From the human T2T-CHM13v2.0 reference genome, Homo sapiens: a stretch of DNA of 64,000 nt. The stretch lies in the NCBI RefSeq assembly GCF_009914755.1, contig NC_060941.1. One strand, 5' to 3'. The notes under the pieces are model-generated. The model did not search any database and had not been told where the DNA came from. It saw only the letters and a program-made list of their open reading frames with translations. The translations under genes and the position numbers were made by a program. Positions 1-62,339 of the stretch are shown piece after piece (the first letter of the stretch is position 1; every line of letters starts with the position of its first letter).

Positions 1-44
1 CTTTGTTAGTTTATCATTTTTCTTTTCTCCTAGGTGTTTTTTCC

Positions 45-378
45 TTTTTAAACTTTTCTTTTAGGTTAGGGGGTACATATGCACGTTCGTTATATAGCTA
101 AACTTGTGTCATGGGGGTTTGTTGTACAGATTATTTCATCACCCAGGTACCAAGCCTAGTACCCAATAGTTTTTTCTGCTCCTCTCCCTCCTCCCACCCT
201 CCACCCTCAGGTAGGGCCCAGTGTCTATTGTTTATGAGTTCTCATTATTTTGCTCCCACTTATAAGAACATACAGTATTTGGTTTTCTGTTCCTGTCTTA
301 GTTTGCTGAGGATAATGGCCTCTAGCTCCATCTGTGTTCCTGCAAAAGACATGATCTCGCTGTTTTTTATGGTTGCAC
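45..378 (-). mobile_element. L1PA-type (older primate) LINE-1 3' end
   Basis: gggggtacatatgca...tttgctgaggataatggcctc is typical antisense L1 3'UTR. Confidence 0.8.
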
Positions 379-810
379 ATCTTTTGTTCTAACATTTGGT
401 CCTTAAACCTGGTTCCTGACACAGAGCTCCTAAATCCCTTGGAATTTTCTGGGTGATAGAAGCGTCCTTTGTTCTCATGAGGTGACTCTTGGTGGGCTCC
501 TTATTTGGGGACTGGTCACCAAAAAGACCTATGGTTGGAAGTGTTGTGCTGTCAGCCCCATTCCCCATCCTCTGGGGTGGGGAGTGGAGCTGGAGCTCAA
601 TCATGCCTACGTGATAAAGCCTCCAGAAAACTCCTTAAAAGACAGGACTTGGAGAGCTTCCGGGTTGGCGAACACATCCATGTTCCAGGAGAGTGGTGCA
701 CCCCAACTCCACAAGGACCCTTCCAGACGTCACCCTGTGTATCTCTTCATCTGGCTTCATCATTTGTGTCCTTTAAAATATCCTTTGTAATAAATCAGCA
801 ATAGTAAGAA
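302..810 (+). other. NBR2-last-exon-like segment built from an antisense L1 3' end plus an LTR
   Basis: cttag|TTTGCTGAG; reads FAEDNGL*LHLCSCKRHDLAVFYGCTSFVLTFGP*TWFLTQ, close to the recalled NBR2 predicted peptide; AATAAA 789-794. Confidence 0.55.
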
Positions 811-1000
811 AACTGTTTTCCTGGGTTCCATGAGCTGTTTTAGCAAATGTTCAAACCTGAGGAGGGAGTTGTGGGGACCTCCAATTTATAGCCAGTTGGT
901 CAGATGCATAGGTGATGCTTGGCCTTGCACCTGGGGTCTGACATGGGGATGGTCCTGTGTGACAGAGCCCTTAACCTGTGGAGTCTGGTGCTCACTCTGC
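395..1000 (+). mobile_element. MER21-like LTR
   Basis: ggttcctgacacagagctcctaaatcccttgg...caatcatgcctacgtga...tttatagccagttggtcaga...gagcccttaacctgtgg. Confidence 0.65.
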
Positions 1001-2109
1001 TTAGGGCTTCTCTGCCTTTTTAGTGTCCTTCTAGAAGGCCTTTCCTTCCTCTTGTCAGCTCAGAAAACTTTTCTTCCACTTCCCTTCTTCTAAACCATCC
1101 CTTACATCTACTCCTTTCCAGCCGACCAAGAGCAGAACCACGGCTGGCTCCACTGCCACCATGCTGTCCCACACTGTCTCCTCGGGATGTATTCAGATGT
1201 CCAACCCTCCCCCCAGTCTAGGAGCCACCCCCCTTTGAGGAAAGGGATGCTGGCCTAGTCAACTCTTTCCCAGCACCAGGCACAGCATCTGGCACATTCC
1301 ATCTTTTTCATGGACTCTCCCCAGGCGGCCTGACCTTCCCTCCTCTGAACCAGTGCATTTCTTGTCTGCATCATGTTTGCCCTAATCAGATACCACCTTA
1401 TTTCCATCTTTTAAAAAATGCTCTATTTCTCTGGCAGGCTTCATCGGAATCACAATTTTCATTCATTTAGTAACTGTTGGCCTTGTATCCACCTCTCTCT
1501 GGCACTCAGGTCTCACTTAAGAGCTGGCTGTCTGTGATTTGCAATCAGTGAGATGGAGACAGAGGGAGCCCTAGGCAGTCATGTTTTGTTCCACCTGACC
1601 CTGGGCGCCACTCCCCCTCCCAGGCTACAGGCGGACATGGGCACCAGCCAGGGAGAGACAGCTCATCCATACTCTGGCCCAGCAGAAACTCTGGGCTTAG
1701 ACAAAACTGCTCAATTGAGGACAAACTGGGCAAAGTAGAATCTTACTTTGGGAGTTTTTAGAAATATGGTGGGGTGGCATTTGGGAATAATAAGAATTGT
1801 AGCTGGGCATGGTGGTACGCGCCTGTAGACCCCCAGCTCTGGAGGCTGAGGTAGGAGGATCTTTGGAGCCCAAGAGCTTGAAGCAGCAGTGAGCTATGAA
1901 GCACCACTGCACTCCACCCTGGGTGACAGATCAAGACCCTGTCTGAAAAAAAAAATGTACACATTTGAGATGCATAAAATTTTCTTGTTATATAAAAAAA
2001 TTATAAGCATCGAAATGTGAAATTATGTAAATATGCCAAAATAGAAACCTGGAGGTGCTTGGAATCCAGACTTTGAGAGCCCAGCAGTGCAAGGATCTCT
2101 AGTGTTGGC

Positions 2110-2404
2110 TTTTTTTTTTTTGAGATGGGATCTCACTCTGTTGCCCAGGCTAGTGTGCAGTGGCCCATTATAAGCTCACTGCAAGCTCCGCCTCCCAGGT
2201 TCAAGCAATTCTCTCTCCCTCAGCTTCCTGAGTAACTGGGGTTACAGGCGTGCATCACCACCCTCAGCTAATTTTTGTAATTTTTAGTAGAGACAGGGTT
2301 TTGCCATGTTGGCCAGGGAGGTCTTGAACTCCTGCCTCAGGTGGTCCACCTACCTCAGCCTCCCAAAGTGCTGGGATTACAAGCATGAGTCACTGCACCC
2401 GGCC
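2110..2404 (-). mobile_element. Alu, full length
   Basis: Alu consensus motifs. Confidence 0.85.
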
Positions 2405-2790
2405 TTGTCTTGGCTTCTTGTCAGCTCCCTGCTTATGTCCAACACTCACCCCTATTAGAGCTGGTGTGGGGAGCTTCTGTCCTGATGACTTAACAGTGTA
2501 ATTAAAGTGCTTAGCGCTGTACCTGGACCACAGCTGGTGCCAATAAACAGCAGCTGCCATCATCCTCACCATCTGCATGTTATTGTTATATTAACTCTTT
2601 GATGGCAACCATGGCTTATCCCCCCAACTACCTAAGCCCTACAGCAGGGCAGTAGAATGGTTAAGAGGCTTTGAAGTCTAACAGTGCTAGCTTAAAACCC
2701 TAATTTGTTGCTTTGGATGTGTGGCTTTGGACACTTTGGGCAGCTCACCTACGTTCTTTGAGCCCTGTATCCTTATCTGTCAGATGATGA

Positions 2791-3055
<265 letters not shown>

Positions 3056-4143
3056 TCAGATGATTTTAACAACTATGCTTCCATGAATTGCTGGGCTAGA
3101 TGATGTGACTGTAAAATGCCTAACCCACGGTTTAGCATCAAGTAAGCAAATTGTAAATGGTAGCGCTACTCTGCCTATGACTATTTAGTCTTGTGCTTTA
3201 AACTCAAATATTTGTTGGCCTACTGAAGTCACCACACAGAGAAATATGCTTTTCATTCTCAGTAAAGAACTTTGGGAGATAACTGGGGCAGGCAGCAAGA
3301 GAACAGATGTCATATGTCTAGATGTCATATGTCTAGCATCAGCAAACTCATCGGAACTGATGGGCAGCTCACTTTGCTTAGAACCTGCACCAGCATACAC
3401 ACGGGGCTGCTTCCCAGTCACACTGCTCCTGGGAAGGTAGGGGGGCTGCTGTTCTGCAATTAGCACGGTTCTTTACCTCCTATTACCGAACTGCCAGAGT
3501 TCATTTGTGTTCAGTTAGGTAGATGACCAATTCTTGTTCATTCCTATTTTCTTTTGCTCACTAATGTGTTTAACGTTCACTAACCTACCAAATGTGATTT
3601 ATTAGTGACTTTTTCTTTGAAGATGGAGTGGAGGAATCCTAGTGCTTTCTGCAACATGCTACTGCTGTTATGGAACAGTGCAGTTATGGATGTGCATCAG
3701 CCGGGGATGGGGAGAGGCTAGGGCAGTACATGTGAATGGAGAGGTAGCCCCACCAGTGTGTTTTCTGAAATACAGTCCCTCAGAGGGCAGTCTTGGGAAA
3801 TTACTGTTCTTACACATTCTTCTTGACTGTACCCCTCCAGCACCTCCCTGCTATCCAAGGGTTGGGATTTTTAAAAAGAAAAACACATTTTAAAAAAAGC
3901 AATGTGAATCTTTTGCCATCTTGTAAGGGTGAAAAGCCCCCTACCAAGTCGGGATGAACATTCATGCGTGTGCTTGAGGGCTTGGGAAAAAGACAGGGCT
4001 TGGCCCCACAGTGCAGGTAGGCCCAGTGATCCTATGATAGGGGCCAGGAGATGGGAGGTCCCCTGTGGGCAGGAGTTCAAGTATGTGGTATTATATGACT
4101 GGTGCTTGATGAACCAAGGGAGAGGGCACCAAAAACAATGTTA

Positions 4144-4149
4144 TTTAAT
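4144..4149 (-). terminator. Probable LRRC37A3 poly(A) signal ATTAAA
   Basis: ~210 nt after the stop, followed by U/GU-rich sequence (CATTGTTTTTGGTG). Confidence 0.6.
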
Positions 4150-4356
4150 TGTAAAATCTCCACCCCCTGAGCATATGTTTTCAGGTCTGGGTGACTAATT
4201 AGACTGGGAAACAAGGGCAGGAACGATGGCCCTGTGCTTGCTCTGCCCGCTGCCTCTGTGGATGTGTGGGCCGCTGGCTTCAGTCCTGCTTTTTTGATGG
4301 CCGTTGTTTACGCTATGTATTTTTGCAGGAGGCCTGAGGTGGGCTGGGTTCTCCTC

Positions 4357-47300
<42,944 letters not shown>

Positions 47301-47353
47301 GGCAGAGCTTCCCAAGGAAGTCACCGGACCTCGCCTCAGGATATTCAGAAGTG

Positions 47354-47429
47354 CTAGTTCAGTTCTGGCAGCCTTCCTCCTTTAAGGTGAAATCCGAGAA
47401 CACTCTTCCTTCCAGGGAGAGCAACTGAC
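47354..47429 (-). pseudogene. RDM1-like terminal exon coding part (VSCSPWK...DFTLKEE...RLPELN*), internally deleted
   Basis: ttttgcag|GTCAGTTGCTCTCCCTGGAAG; TAG at 47356-47354. Confidence 0.78.
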
Positions 47430-47863
47430 CTGCAAAATGGGCGCCAGGATGCACATTACAGTCATTTATTCCAAAGTGTTGCCATTTTCGCTAAACTGTC
47501 GCATGTTTGATAATTAATTCACCACCCTATTAGGTAGGGGCTGCCAGGGAATAAGCGAGGACTCCAAATTTTCTGTAGGAGGGGTGTTGGGAGTTGGCAA
47601 TTCGGTCTGGGAGAGAAGGTTTTAATCCGAGTGAAGAGCCCTTTGCACTAGCCTGGGAGGAGGCTGAACTGTCATCCTGCCTTGACTCAACACAGCCATT
47701 CCCCTAGAAGTTACAGCACTTCTAGGGTCACCTGTGTTCAGAGATCTACCCTGTGTGCACACATGGAGAAGAGGCTTAGGTTGTTAAAGTCAGCATGTTA
47801 AATCATTTCCTGAAATGCGACTGTAACTAGAACCCAGCTGACTTCCCCCACAGCCGTTCTTAC

Positions 47864-47934
47864 CTATTTTATTACTGTCTGGCATAATTACCAGCATGTA
47901 AACTCCAAGAAGGTGCTTCATCTTATTTTAGTGC
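47864..47934 (-). other. Candidate 71-nt non-coding 5'UTR exon of LRRC37A3
   Basis: tatgccag|GCAC...AATAG|gtaaga; strong donor, splice motifs only. Confidence 0.35.
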
Positions 47935-47981
47935 CTGGCATAGACATAGGGTGCATAGTGATGGCTTTAAAATTGAAGGGG

Positions 47982-48284
<303 letters not shown>

Positions 48285-48637
48285 TGGAAGAGATTCCAAG
48301 ATTCACCTCATTTAGGGATGGAGCTATTATTATAATCAGATTTCTGAAATGAGTGCTGACTTCCTCTCACATTTCACAGGAAGCTAGACTTCTTAAAGCT
48401 TGAAGTCTCCTTGGTGGGTTTTATTTAAATTGAATTAAAATAATTATTTTACAGGGAAAAATTTCAAAACACTTTGCAACTTTGGGGTAAAAGTTAAATA
48501 AAACACTGTAGCCCCAAGTTAAGTTCCCACTGAAATGATACTTTTGCTCCTTTTTTTAAAAAAAATTCCATAAATAGTAAATAATGACTGTTTTGAGATT
48601 AATTTAGAAACAATCCCTATTTAAGAGCTTTCATATG

Positions 48638-49323
<686 letters not shown>

Positions 49324-49563
49324 TAAATGATTGACAGAAAGATCTTCAGCAAAATATTCCACCCAAGATACGTGGGAGATATTGAGATCCAAGCAATAAG
49401 CCATATTTGAAAGGCATTATAGTTTTCAAAAGCTGTAGCGCAATCATTCTTAAGGCCAGTTACCTTCTCCCCACATCTCTGGGATCCTGTTTGAAGGGAG
49501 TTCTAACAAGGCCTGTGTTCGAGCAGCCCAGCATCCCTTACTCCTGGAGCGGGGGGAGACTAA

Positions 49564-50366
<803 letters not shown>

Positions 50367-50396
50367 TGTTACCTTTGAGTTTTTATCTCCACATAC

Positions 50397-50482
50397 TTAT
50401 ATTAAACCGTGTAGTTCTTCTTCCCATCTGACATCTACAATCTCTTCACTGGGTCTGTACTCCATAGCTATTTTACCACTTT
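50397..50482 (-). pseudogene. RDM1-like exon (SGKIAMEYRPSEEIVDVRWEEELHGLI*)
   Basis: tttcag|AAAGTGG...ATATAA|gtatgt; 86 nt; last codon TAA. Confidence 0.87.
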
Positions 50483-52396
50483 CTGAAATAAAGTTAGCAA
50501 GGATGAATTCAGAATCTTTTTCATTCCAAAACTTCCTGCATATAATGGTAGCAACCCACAATGAGACATTCTTTTAGTTTCTAAAAGCAGGAAATAAGCA
50601 TTTTCCTGAAAGTTTCCTCATCTCTTCATCATACACTTCGATTTTTGTTTTTCTTTTTTCTTTTAGACAGGGTCTCACTCTGTCACCCAGGCTGGAGTAC
50701 AGTGGCACTATCATAGCTCACTGTAGCCTGGAATTCCTGGGCTCAAGTCATCCTCCTGCTTCAGCCTCCAGAGTAGCAGGCACTATATCACTGTGCCCAT
50801 CTAATTCTCTTTTTTAGAGACATGGTCCCGCTTTGTTTTCCAGGCTGGTCTCGAACTCCTGGCTTGAAGTGATCCTTCTGTCTTGGCCTCCCGAAATGCT
50901 GAGATTTCAAGCGTGAGTCATCATGTCTGGTCTCACAGCTCAGTTTTTAACATATGTATGAAATATCAACTGTGTTTGGTTCAAAGGACTTTATGATCTT
51001 ACAGATAGGAACTAAGGAATAATAACATAAGAAATAAAAAATGTGGAAATAAAAACGTTCAATCATAATATGATTAAAAGGTAAGGCACCAGGTGGGGGG
51101 TCGAAGTAAGTTCAAATCCAAAATAGAGACCACTGGGCTAGTAGACACTTCACATTAGAAGCATGGCTAGGTGTCTACTCCCTGAGAACCAAAATTCCAC
51201 CAGATACAATGAACAAAGCTTTAGAGAGAGAAAACATTTGAACATTTTACGGGCAGAAAATGGCCCACATACTCTATAGACAATACAATTTCCTTCAAGG
51301 CAAACTAGAACTATAAGGCTTTTGGTCTAAGAAGTGAGTGTGTGCAAGGGATACCTTTGCATACTAGGGAGGGGTAGACAACCCACACATTTAGCTTGGT
51401 TATTAAATGTCATTACTCAGACTTGACAGTTGATGACCAAGGAAGTAAGACTTTCACTAGAATGGCTGCCCAGGTTGGAAAGCTGAGAGCAATCAGGGCC
51501 ACCTCTTACAAGCAAATAAAGGTCTGTAGTAACTTAATTACAATCTCAGTCTCTAAGCCTTCAGGGTTGTGAAGCAGAAAGGCAACTCTGTTCAGGGACT
51601 CGTTAAACACCAGGTTTCCTTTGGGCACAGGCTATGACATTTGTGCCACTGTAGAACTGAATAGGAAATACAAGCAGTGCCATTCAACAGCATGACCACT
51701 TCCAAGGCTCACAGCAAAGCAGCTGATTATTGTATAAGAATCATATTTGGCCAATATGTCAGTGCCAGAAATGAGAGCTGGAACTGAATTCTCGATTCGA
51801 GAAACATAATCTAATAAATTCTTCAGCAGAGTTTATTTATTCAGAGAGAAAACAATCACAACAATAGCATATTTTGTCTGCTTACCTTGTAAGTATAGTT
51901 CTGAGTTTTTACACTTGTCATCTCATTTTTTCTTACAATATCCGCAATAAGGTTGATTGGATTACTAACCCCAGTTTGCAGATAAAGATTGCAGCTTAGA
52001 GATATTAAATATCTTCAAATCTCTCTGGCCATAAGACCTAAAACTGCATACAAAAATCTAAGAGACAGAGTTAGGACTCAAATCCATGTGTCCAGGGCTT
52101 ATAATCACTATTCTGTACGATAGGCATGCAATTAAAGAAGACCTGCCTCAAACATTTTCTGTGTGACCTGAGGCAAGTCCTTTTATAGCTATAAACTAGG
52201 GACAATATTTGCTGTCATTTTTTCTACAAATGTCACAAAGAACAAATTTGAGCCTGTCGCTGTGAAAGAACTTAGCAAATGAAAGCATCCTAGGGAGTGT
52301 TTTAGATATCGATATTTTTATCCAATTAACTTTTCAAAATGAGTTTATTTGCTCACTGAAACTGAAGTACTTCAACGACGATTAAGAAAGTTTTAC

Positions 52397-52491
52397 CTAG
52401 AACCACAATCAACAGTTTCTGGAATGCATCTGACAAAGCCTTCTCAATAGCAATCTGGGCTATCTTCCCTTTCATAGGAATGACAACGGTC
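52397..52491 (-). pseudogene. RDM1-like exon (PLSF/MKGKIAQIAIEKALSDAFQKLLIVVL)
   Basis: Visible in track ORF 52353..52748; donor CTAG|gtaaaa; frameshift near 5' end. Confidence 0.87.
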
Positions 52492-52849
52492 TTAAATCCA
52501 ACCCAAACTAATGGATTTAAGATGCCTATCTGAGTGATCATTGCTACATGTTGGTTAAAAAATAAAAATGCATCCACGAATCTTAGCTCATAATCTTCGT
52601 GATTAAAGGCAGACAGCACAAGGGTATGGTTGAACGTCTCTGTTATAGGTACATCCTGGCAGGGCCCATTTTTACTGCCTCCATCTAGTTGGGAAGTTCC
52701 TAAAGTACTAGAGGGAGACACAAGCCAAGAACCTGGCACATATCTCACATCACCCAGAGATTTAATTCATCAGTTAAGGCTACACTCCTATGGACCCCAC
52801 CCTCCTATGCATCAAGGGCTGGAATCACTCACTGAAAAAAAGCTTTGTT

Positions 52850-54912
<2,063 letters not shown>

Positions 54913-55103
54913 AAAGGCTCTGTCAGGTATTGCCTAAGGTAAAAGTCTGTATTGTAAGACAGAAAACCTCTGCCCAGGACTTCAGTAGCTCAGAGAGGGA
55001 AAGGCTTGATATGTGTCTGAAAAGACAAGTTTTAGACAGCAAGAAAAAAGAGATCCTTCCCATTTCAACTCCTTACCCTCCTCTACCCCCAATGAAAACA
55101 GAC

Positions 55104-55265
55104 CTTCCTTCGCCTTATCCACAGGCTCCTCCACCAAGCCAAGGCCAGACTCCTGCAATCATAGGATGGCAACACCACCTCTAAAGCACAGAACTTCAGC
55201 CTTTGCTTCGGAAGTGGCACCATGGTCTCTTCATTTTCCCTTTCTTCAAGGTCAGAAAACTGAAG
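55104..55265 (-). pseudogene. RDM1-like exon (LQFSDLEERENEETMVPLPKQRLKFCALEVVLPSYDCRS/GLGLVEEPVDKAKE)
   Basis: aacag|CTTCAG...GGAAG|gtctg; 1-nt frameshift after CRS. Confidence 0.87.
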
Positions 55266-55665
55266 CTGTTAGGAGTTTTAGTGTTAAGTTCCTTCCGAGG
55301 ATGTTAATTAGGCTTCAAACTGTTTTGTTCTGAGAAATAAAAACTAAACTCCAGTCATTCAAGCTAACAGTTGAGGTGTTCTATGGCTTCAAAATCAAGT
55401 AAGATTTGTAAATGAATTGCTAGGTGCAACCATTACTTATTATATGCCACACAAACAGTGGAGAAAATTATGGACACCACCATCCAAGTGATTGAGATTA
55501 TTAATTTTAGGTAGCAGGCCAATTCAGACATGTCCACTTATCCTCAATGGCAGGGGGCCTCTCACATCCCCTCCCTGTAACCCAGTTCAATACTTCTGTC
55601 TAAAGTCTAGAATTTCAATGTTGAAAGGAGAGCGTGGTTAGTGAGAGAAAATCCACAAAGTTTAT

Positions 55666-55788
55666 CCTGATGATCCTTTCTGACCATCCATTGAAACCAA
55701 AGTAGTAATTCACCAGTTCTTGGCATCAGGAGCTGTTTCAGGCAAGGGCCTGATGTGCAACTGCCTTATGTCTGCTGCCAAGAGGAAC
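55666..55788 (-). pseudogene. RDM1-like exon (VPLGSRHKAVAHQALA*NSS*CQELVNYYFGFNGWSERIIR)
   Basis: 123 nt; RAD52-like motif YFGFNGWS; two in-frame TGA; donor position reads AT instead of GT. Confidence 0.88.
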
Positions 55789-56439
55789 CTAAAGTCACAA
55801 GAGACAGACCCACAAATATCACAGCCTGCCAGAGATTTTATTTTGGATACACCTGAGATTTATCAATACCAACTGTGCAAAGAAAAGAAATTGTTTCAGT
55901 CTTCCCATTCAGTAGCTCCTTCTTGAGAACATGACCTGAAGAATAGATAAGATGAACCCACCCATCCCCCACCCCAAGTTACCCCTGCTTAAAGAGGAAA
56001 TACACATACCTCTATACATTTTACAAGCAACTAAAACAACTAGAGGTTCATCTGCATTTATAAGCTTCTTTGACAATGCAAATATCTACTGAGTGTTAAT
56101 TCTTGAAATATTTTACACATTTCTGTGAATTTCTTACATCACCAGTTCTTTCTTATGTCTATTTCATTTTGTAAGTGTAGAATATGATTATATTCATGAA
56201 ACTCAAATGATACAAATAGTCAAATTTATTGTATTAGAAATTAATAAGAATAGTAAAGTTAATTCTTTGTTGATTTGTTTATGCACCTTCCTCTGTCACT
56301 GGTTTATAAGCTCCATAAGTGCCAGAGGAAAACATATCTTATTCTTTTTTCATTCCCAGAACAAAGCACAGTTCTTGGCATACAATACAGGATAGATGAT
56401 CTGTTGATTGAGTGAATGAATAAAACAATGAGCAAGTAA

Positions 56440-56804
<365 letters not shown>

Positions 56805-57133
56805 AATGAAGACTAATTTTTAAACGTTGAGTGCTACCACGGAGACCAGCCTGTATCATGAGTCACAGTGGAGACTTTCGGAACATCTAGGAAACTTCAG
56901 AAGGGCTCTAAGCCCCTGGGTGGTACAGACAGTTGTCACCTTGGATAACGTTGCCACAGTTCTTGCTGGCGACCATTTCCCTTCATTTCACTGAAACAAA
57001 AACAAAAACAAAAAACCCTCACAGATGCCTTAGGCCTTTCCTTGATTTTAAAACATTATTCTCTTTTCTGTATTTATAAAAACCAAAAAAGACAGGAACT
57101 AGGTGCATGTGCTAAAGTAGAAAAGAACACTTA

Positions 57134-57428
<295 letters not shown>

Positions 57429-58265
57429 GACCCTTAAACTAGATAACAGTGGGGGTCAAGCAGTAACCCAAGGCTCTGAGTTCAGTAAGTAAATAAATCT
57501 AATATGAATGCCCTCTCCTCTCACTCATCTATTAACTTGTAGAACATTTCCTTCATTACTGCATCAGCGATGAGCTTTATGCTGTGAAATTCTCAAAATC
57601 TAAAGCTTATGAAGTGGTCTCAAGGTCCAAAGCACACTAAAAACTCATTACTTACAAAATGATACCAAGTAACTGTTTCATCATCTTTACCGTACCTTTA
57701 CCATATTTGAGTGGCTATGTGAAATGGTCACAGGTTAGAAACACATCATAGTCCAAAAGTTGAAGAATATTCCACAGGTAATCATTTCAGTCACAGGAAG
57801 TGGAACCAGGATTGAAGAGGGTGTTGAATAAGCTACAAAAGTGGGTATAGTATACCTGGAGTCATTACTAAGCAGAGTTCTCAGATTTGATCAAGGTTAA
57901 TTCAATGAGAAATGGAATATATATAGACAATAGGCAACAAGATTAGCAGGAAGCAGTCAGATCAAGTAGCCAATCAGGAATTGAAATCGGTCCTTGAAAA
58001 TGGAAAGGTGATTGAATTGAGGCATACAATGAGATATCCTTCTGTGGCTCTGGGAAAGTAAAATTGGTTGGCATATTAACATGGAATAGGATTTCTACAA
58101 GGCCGCTTAAAGAATGTTTCCATCCTCTGAGAACTGAAGGGAGTTCCAAATAGGCAGTTTGTGACTGATGATGAGCATGTTGATGATAAAGTCTCCTTTA
58201 TATAACAGCCGGCAGACGACTTGGTCACACCCACACATCTTAAATTCACATAAAGGTAAATATAT

Positions 58266-58922
<657 letters not shown>

Positions 58923-60192
58923 TGATAGGTTATTTCCCCTAAGATCCAGATGAGTAAAAATTAATACACATTAGATGAAATTCCAGAAGTTATCTTCGAA
59001 CTTTGCTACTCATTGAATGTCATGAAGATATTGGAAAAAAAAGAAAAAAAACAAAAAACAACCTTGCTACTCAACGAGGGATTTGCTATTATCACATTTC
59101 AGAGAAATTCAGAACCTCAGGCCTAAACCCAGGCCTACTAAATCAGGATCTGCAGTTTCTCACAATCTTCAGGTGATTTCTATGGTCATTAAAGTTTGAA
59201 AAGCTGCCTTGAAACAGTCCTTCCTAAAACTGAAGTGGAGGTGCCACAAAAATCATCTGGTAAATTGTTTAAAGTAATCCCAAATGCAACTCAAATCTAC
59301 AGAATCCCAGGTGAAGCTCAGTAATCTGTATTTTTATCCTTCTCCCCAAATAATTCTGATGTGCAGGCAAGTTTGAAAACCACTGCTTTAAAGAAAATGG
59401 ATACTCCCCTTACCAAGCAGAAAGTAGGATTTTGGAAACTGATGCAAGGGAAGCAAAAAAGATGCCTCAGGAGGCACGATTACAACAGGATTGATGCAAA
59501 CGGAAGCTGAAGCTTAACCAAAGACATTAATGTACGCCCACAAAAGAAACTGCTAAGGAAGTCAAGTGGTCTGCATGAATTCTGAAGAAAAATGGAGAAC
59601 CAAAGAACAAAATTTGTCAATGAATTTCCAGCACAGTCTAGGTTAAGGGAGTGAATTTCTTGACTGAATGGCACAGACTCTGTACCACCTGATTGGCTGT
59701 TACCTTAATGGAGGAATTATATTACAATGTATAGGTACTTTAATTAGAATGACCTGGCAGTTACTGAGGCAAAATTTTCCGCTCCTTTGTATTCTGTAAT
59801 ACAAGAAGGATCTACATGGATGTTCTGTTCTCTGAACTGTCTGGATGAACCGGTCAACGGCACTCATCATACCTTAGTTTTTAAATCTGCATTGTGGTCA
59901 TAATCTGTTATTTAATTAATTTCTCGTATTTTTAATAAAAACTTTGCCTATATATTTTAGACAGAAATTGCCTTACTTTGCTGAAATGCTGAGAAATCCT
60001 AGACAGTTTTCAAGGCTGGGCTCAAATGTCACCTCTACTACCCTTTGCTGTGCCTCCTGGCACTGTGCTTCTGACACTTTGTACGGTCCTCCATGACAGC
60101 GTGAGCACAATTATATTACAGGCAATTACTCATGCCCCCCTGGCTCATCTGTTGACTCCTTTAGAGCACAGATCATGTTTTATTTATTGTAG

Positions 60193-60714
<522 letters not shown>

Positions 60715-61507
60715 ATAGAGTGCTTTCTATTTGCCAGACATTGTGCTAAGCACTTTAAAATGCATTATTTCATTTTATCCTCAGATCAGCTCCATAAAAT
60801 AGCTACCATTATTACCTCTACATGTATATAGATATATGTATCTATATATACGTATATCTACATACACTGAAAGTCTCACCAGTGTTTTAACTTTTGCTTT
60901 CAACCACTATACATATTTTAAAGAGCTTAAGAGGAGAAACAACCGTTTGCATTTTTAAATTTTCCCAGATACCATTTCTGCTGCTCTTTATCTCTGAAGT
61001 TCTAGTATTACCACTGGTATAATTTTCCTTTGGCCTAAAGACCTTCTTTTACTTTTATTTTAGAGCAGAACTTCCGCCAACACATTCTCTTAGATTTTCT
61101 TCATCCAAAATGTCTTTCTTCTTTTTCTTTTTGCCTTAATTGTTGAAGGGTATTTTTGCTGGATATAGAATTCTGGATTGACATTTCTCTCAGTACTTTA
61201 ACGATGTTCTGTAGTTACTTGAATCGCTGAAAGGCTTAAAGTTGGGGACCAGCTCTATCACCTATACATTTTATAGAAAGGTTCATTACTTTCATATCTT
61301 CATTGTGGACCATAGCCTTTATCATCACAAAATTTTGTCTCATTTATGAGTTTTTAAATTTTGCTTTGAACCTAAACTTTTACAACTCCTTTCTATTTCC
61401 TACAATGTGGAGTTTATGGCGGACAGCACAGGCAGTTGGAAATATATATCTGGAGTTTAGAAAAGAGGTCTAGGTAGGAAAATGGATCTAGAAGTCATTG
61501 ATATTTT

Positions 61508-61819
<312 letters not shown>

Positions 61820-62007
61820 TCAACTGATAATTAGGGGAAAGTTGGGGAAACTAAATGCTGAGGACTATCACATGTAAGAGGGATGTTTGAAGGAGGAATA
61901 ACTGGTCAAGGAAATCAGGTCATAAGTGGCAACAGGAAATTTAAGAAGGATGTAGTAGCCAAAGGTATCATACATGCATTGTATATGTATGTAGATATAT
62001 ATCTTTC

Positions 62008-62250
62008 AATGTATGTAGATATACATCTACATACATACACAATGTATGCATGTAGATATACATCTACATACATACACAATGTATGCATGTAGATATACAT
62101 CTACATACATACACAATGTATGCATGTAGATATACATCTACATACATACACAATGTATGCATGTAGATATACATCTACATACATACACAATGTATGCATG
62201 TAGATATACATCTACATACATACACAATGTATGCATGTAGATATAATATA
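62008..62250. repeat. 37-bp minisatellite (AATGTATGCATGTAGATATACATCTACATACATACAC), 5 perfect copies plus partial ones
   Basis: Unit starts at 62041, 62078, 62115, 62152, 62189 and partial 62226. Confidence 0.93.
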
Positions 62251-62339
62251 CACTGAAAGTATAGATACATATCTACATACATTGAAAGTGTATATATATA
62301 CACACATACACACACACATATATACAATTATAAGGGGGG

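Noticed and set aside
3305-3336. 15-bp tandem duplication AGATGTCATATGTCT
   Set aside because: Trivial slippage duplication.
52353-52748. 131-aa minus-strand ORF as a novel gene
   Set aside because: Only ~30 codons are meaningful (an RDM1 pseudo-exon); the rest is intron read-through from a non-ATG start.
62008-62250. Palindromic 37-bp repeats as a CRISPR-like array
   Set aside because: Head-to-tail copies with no spacers, in primate DNA; a minisatellite.
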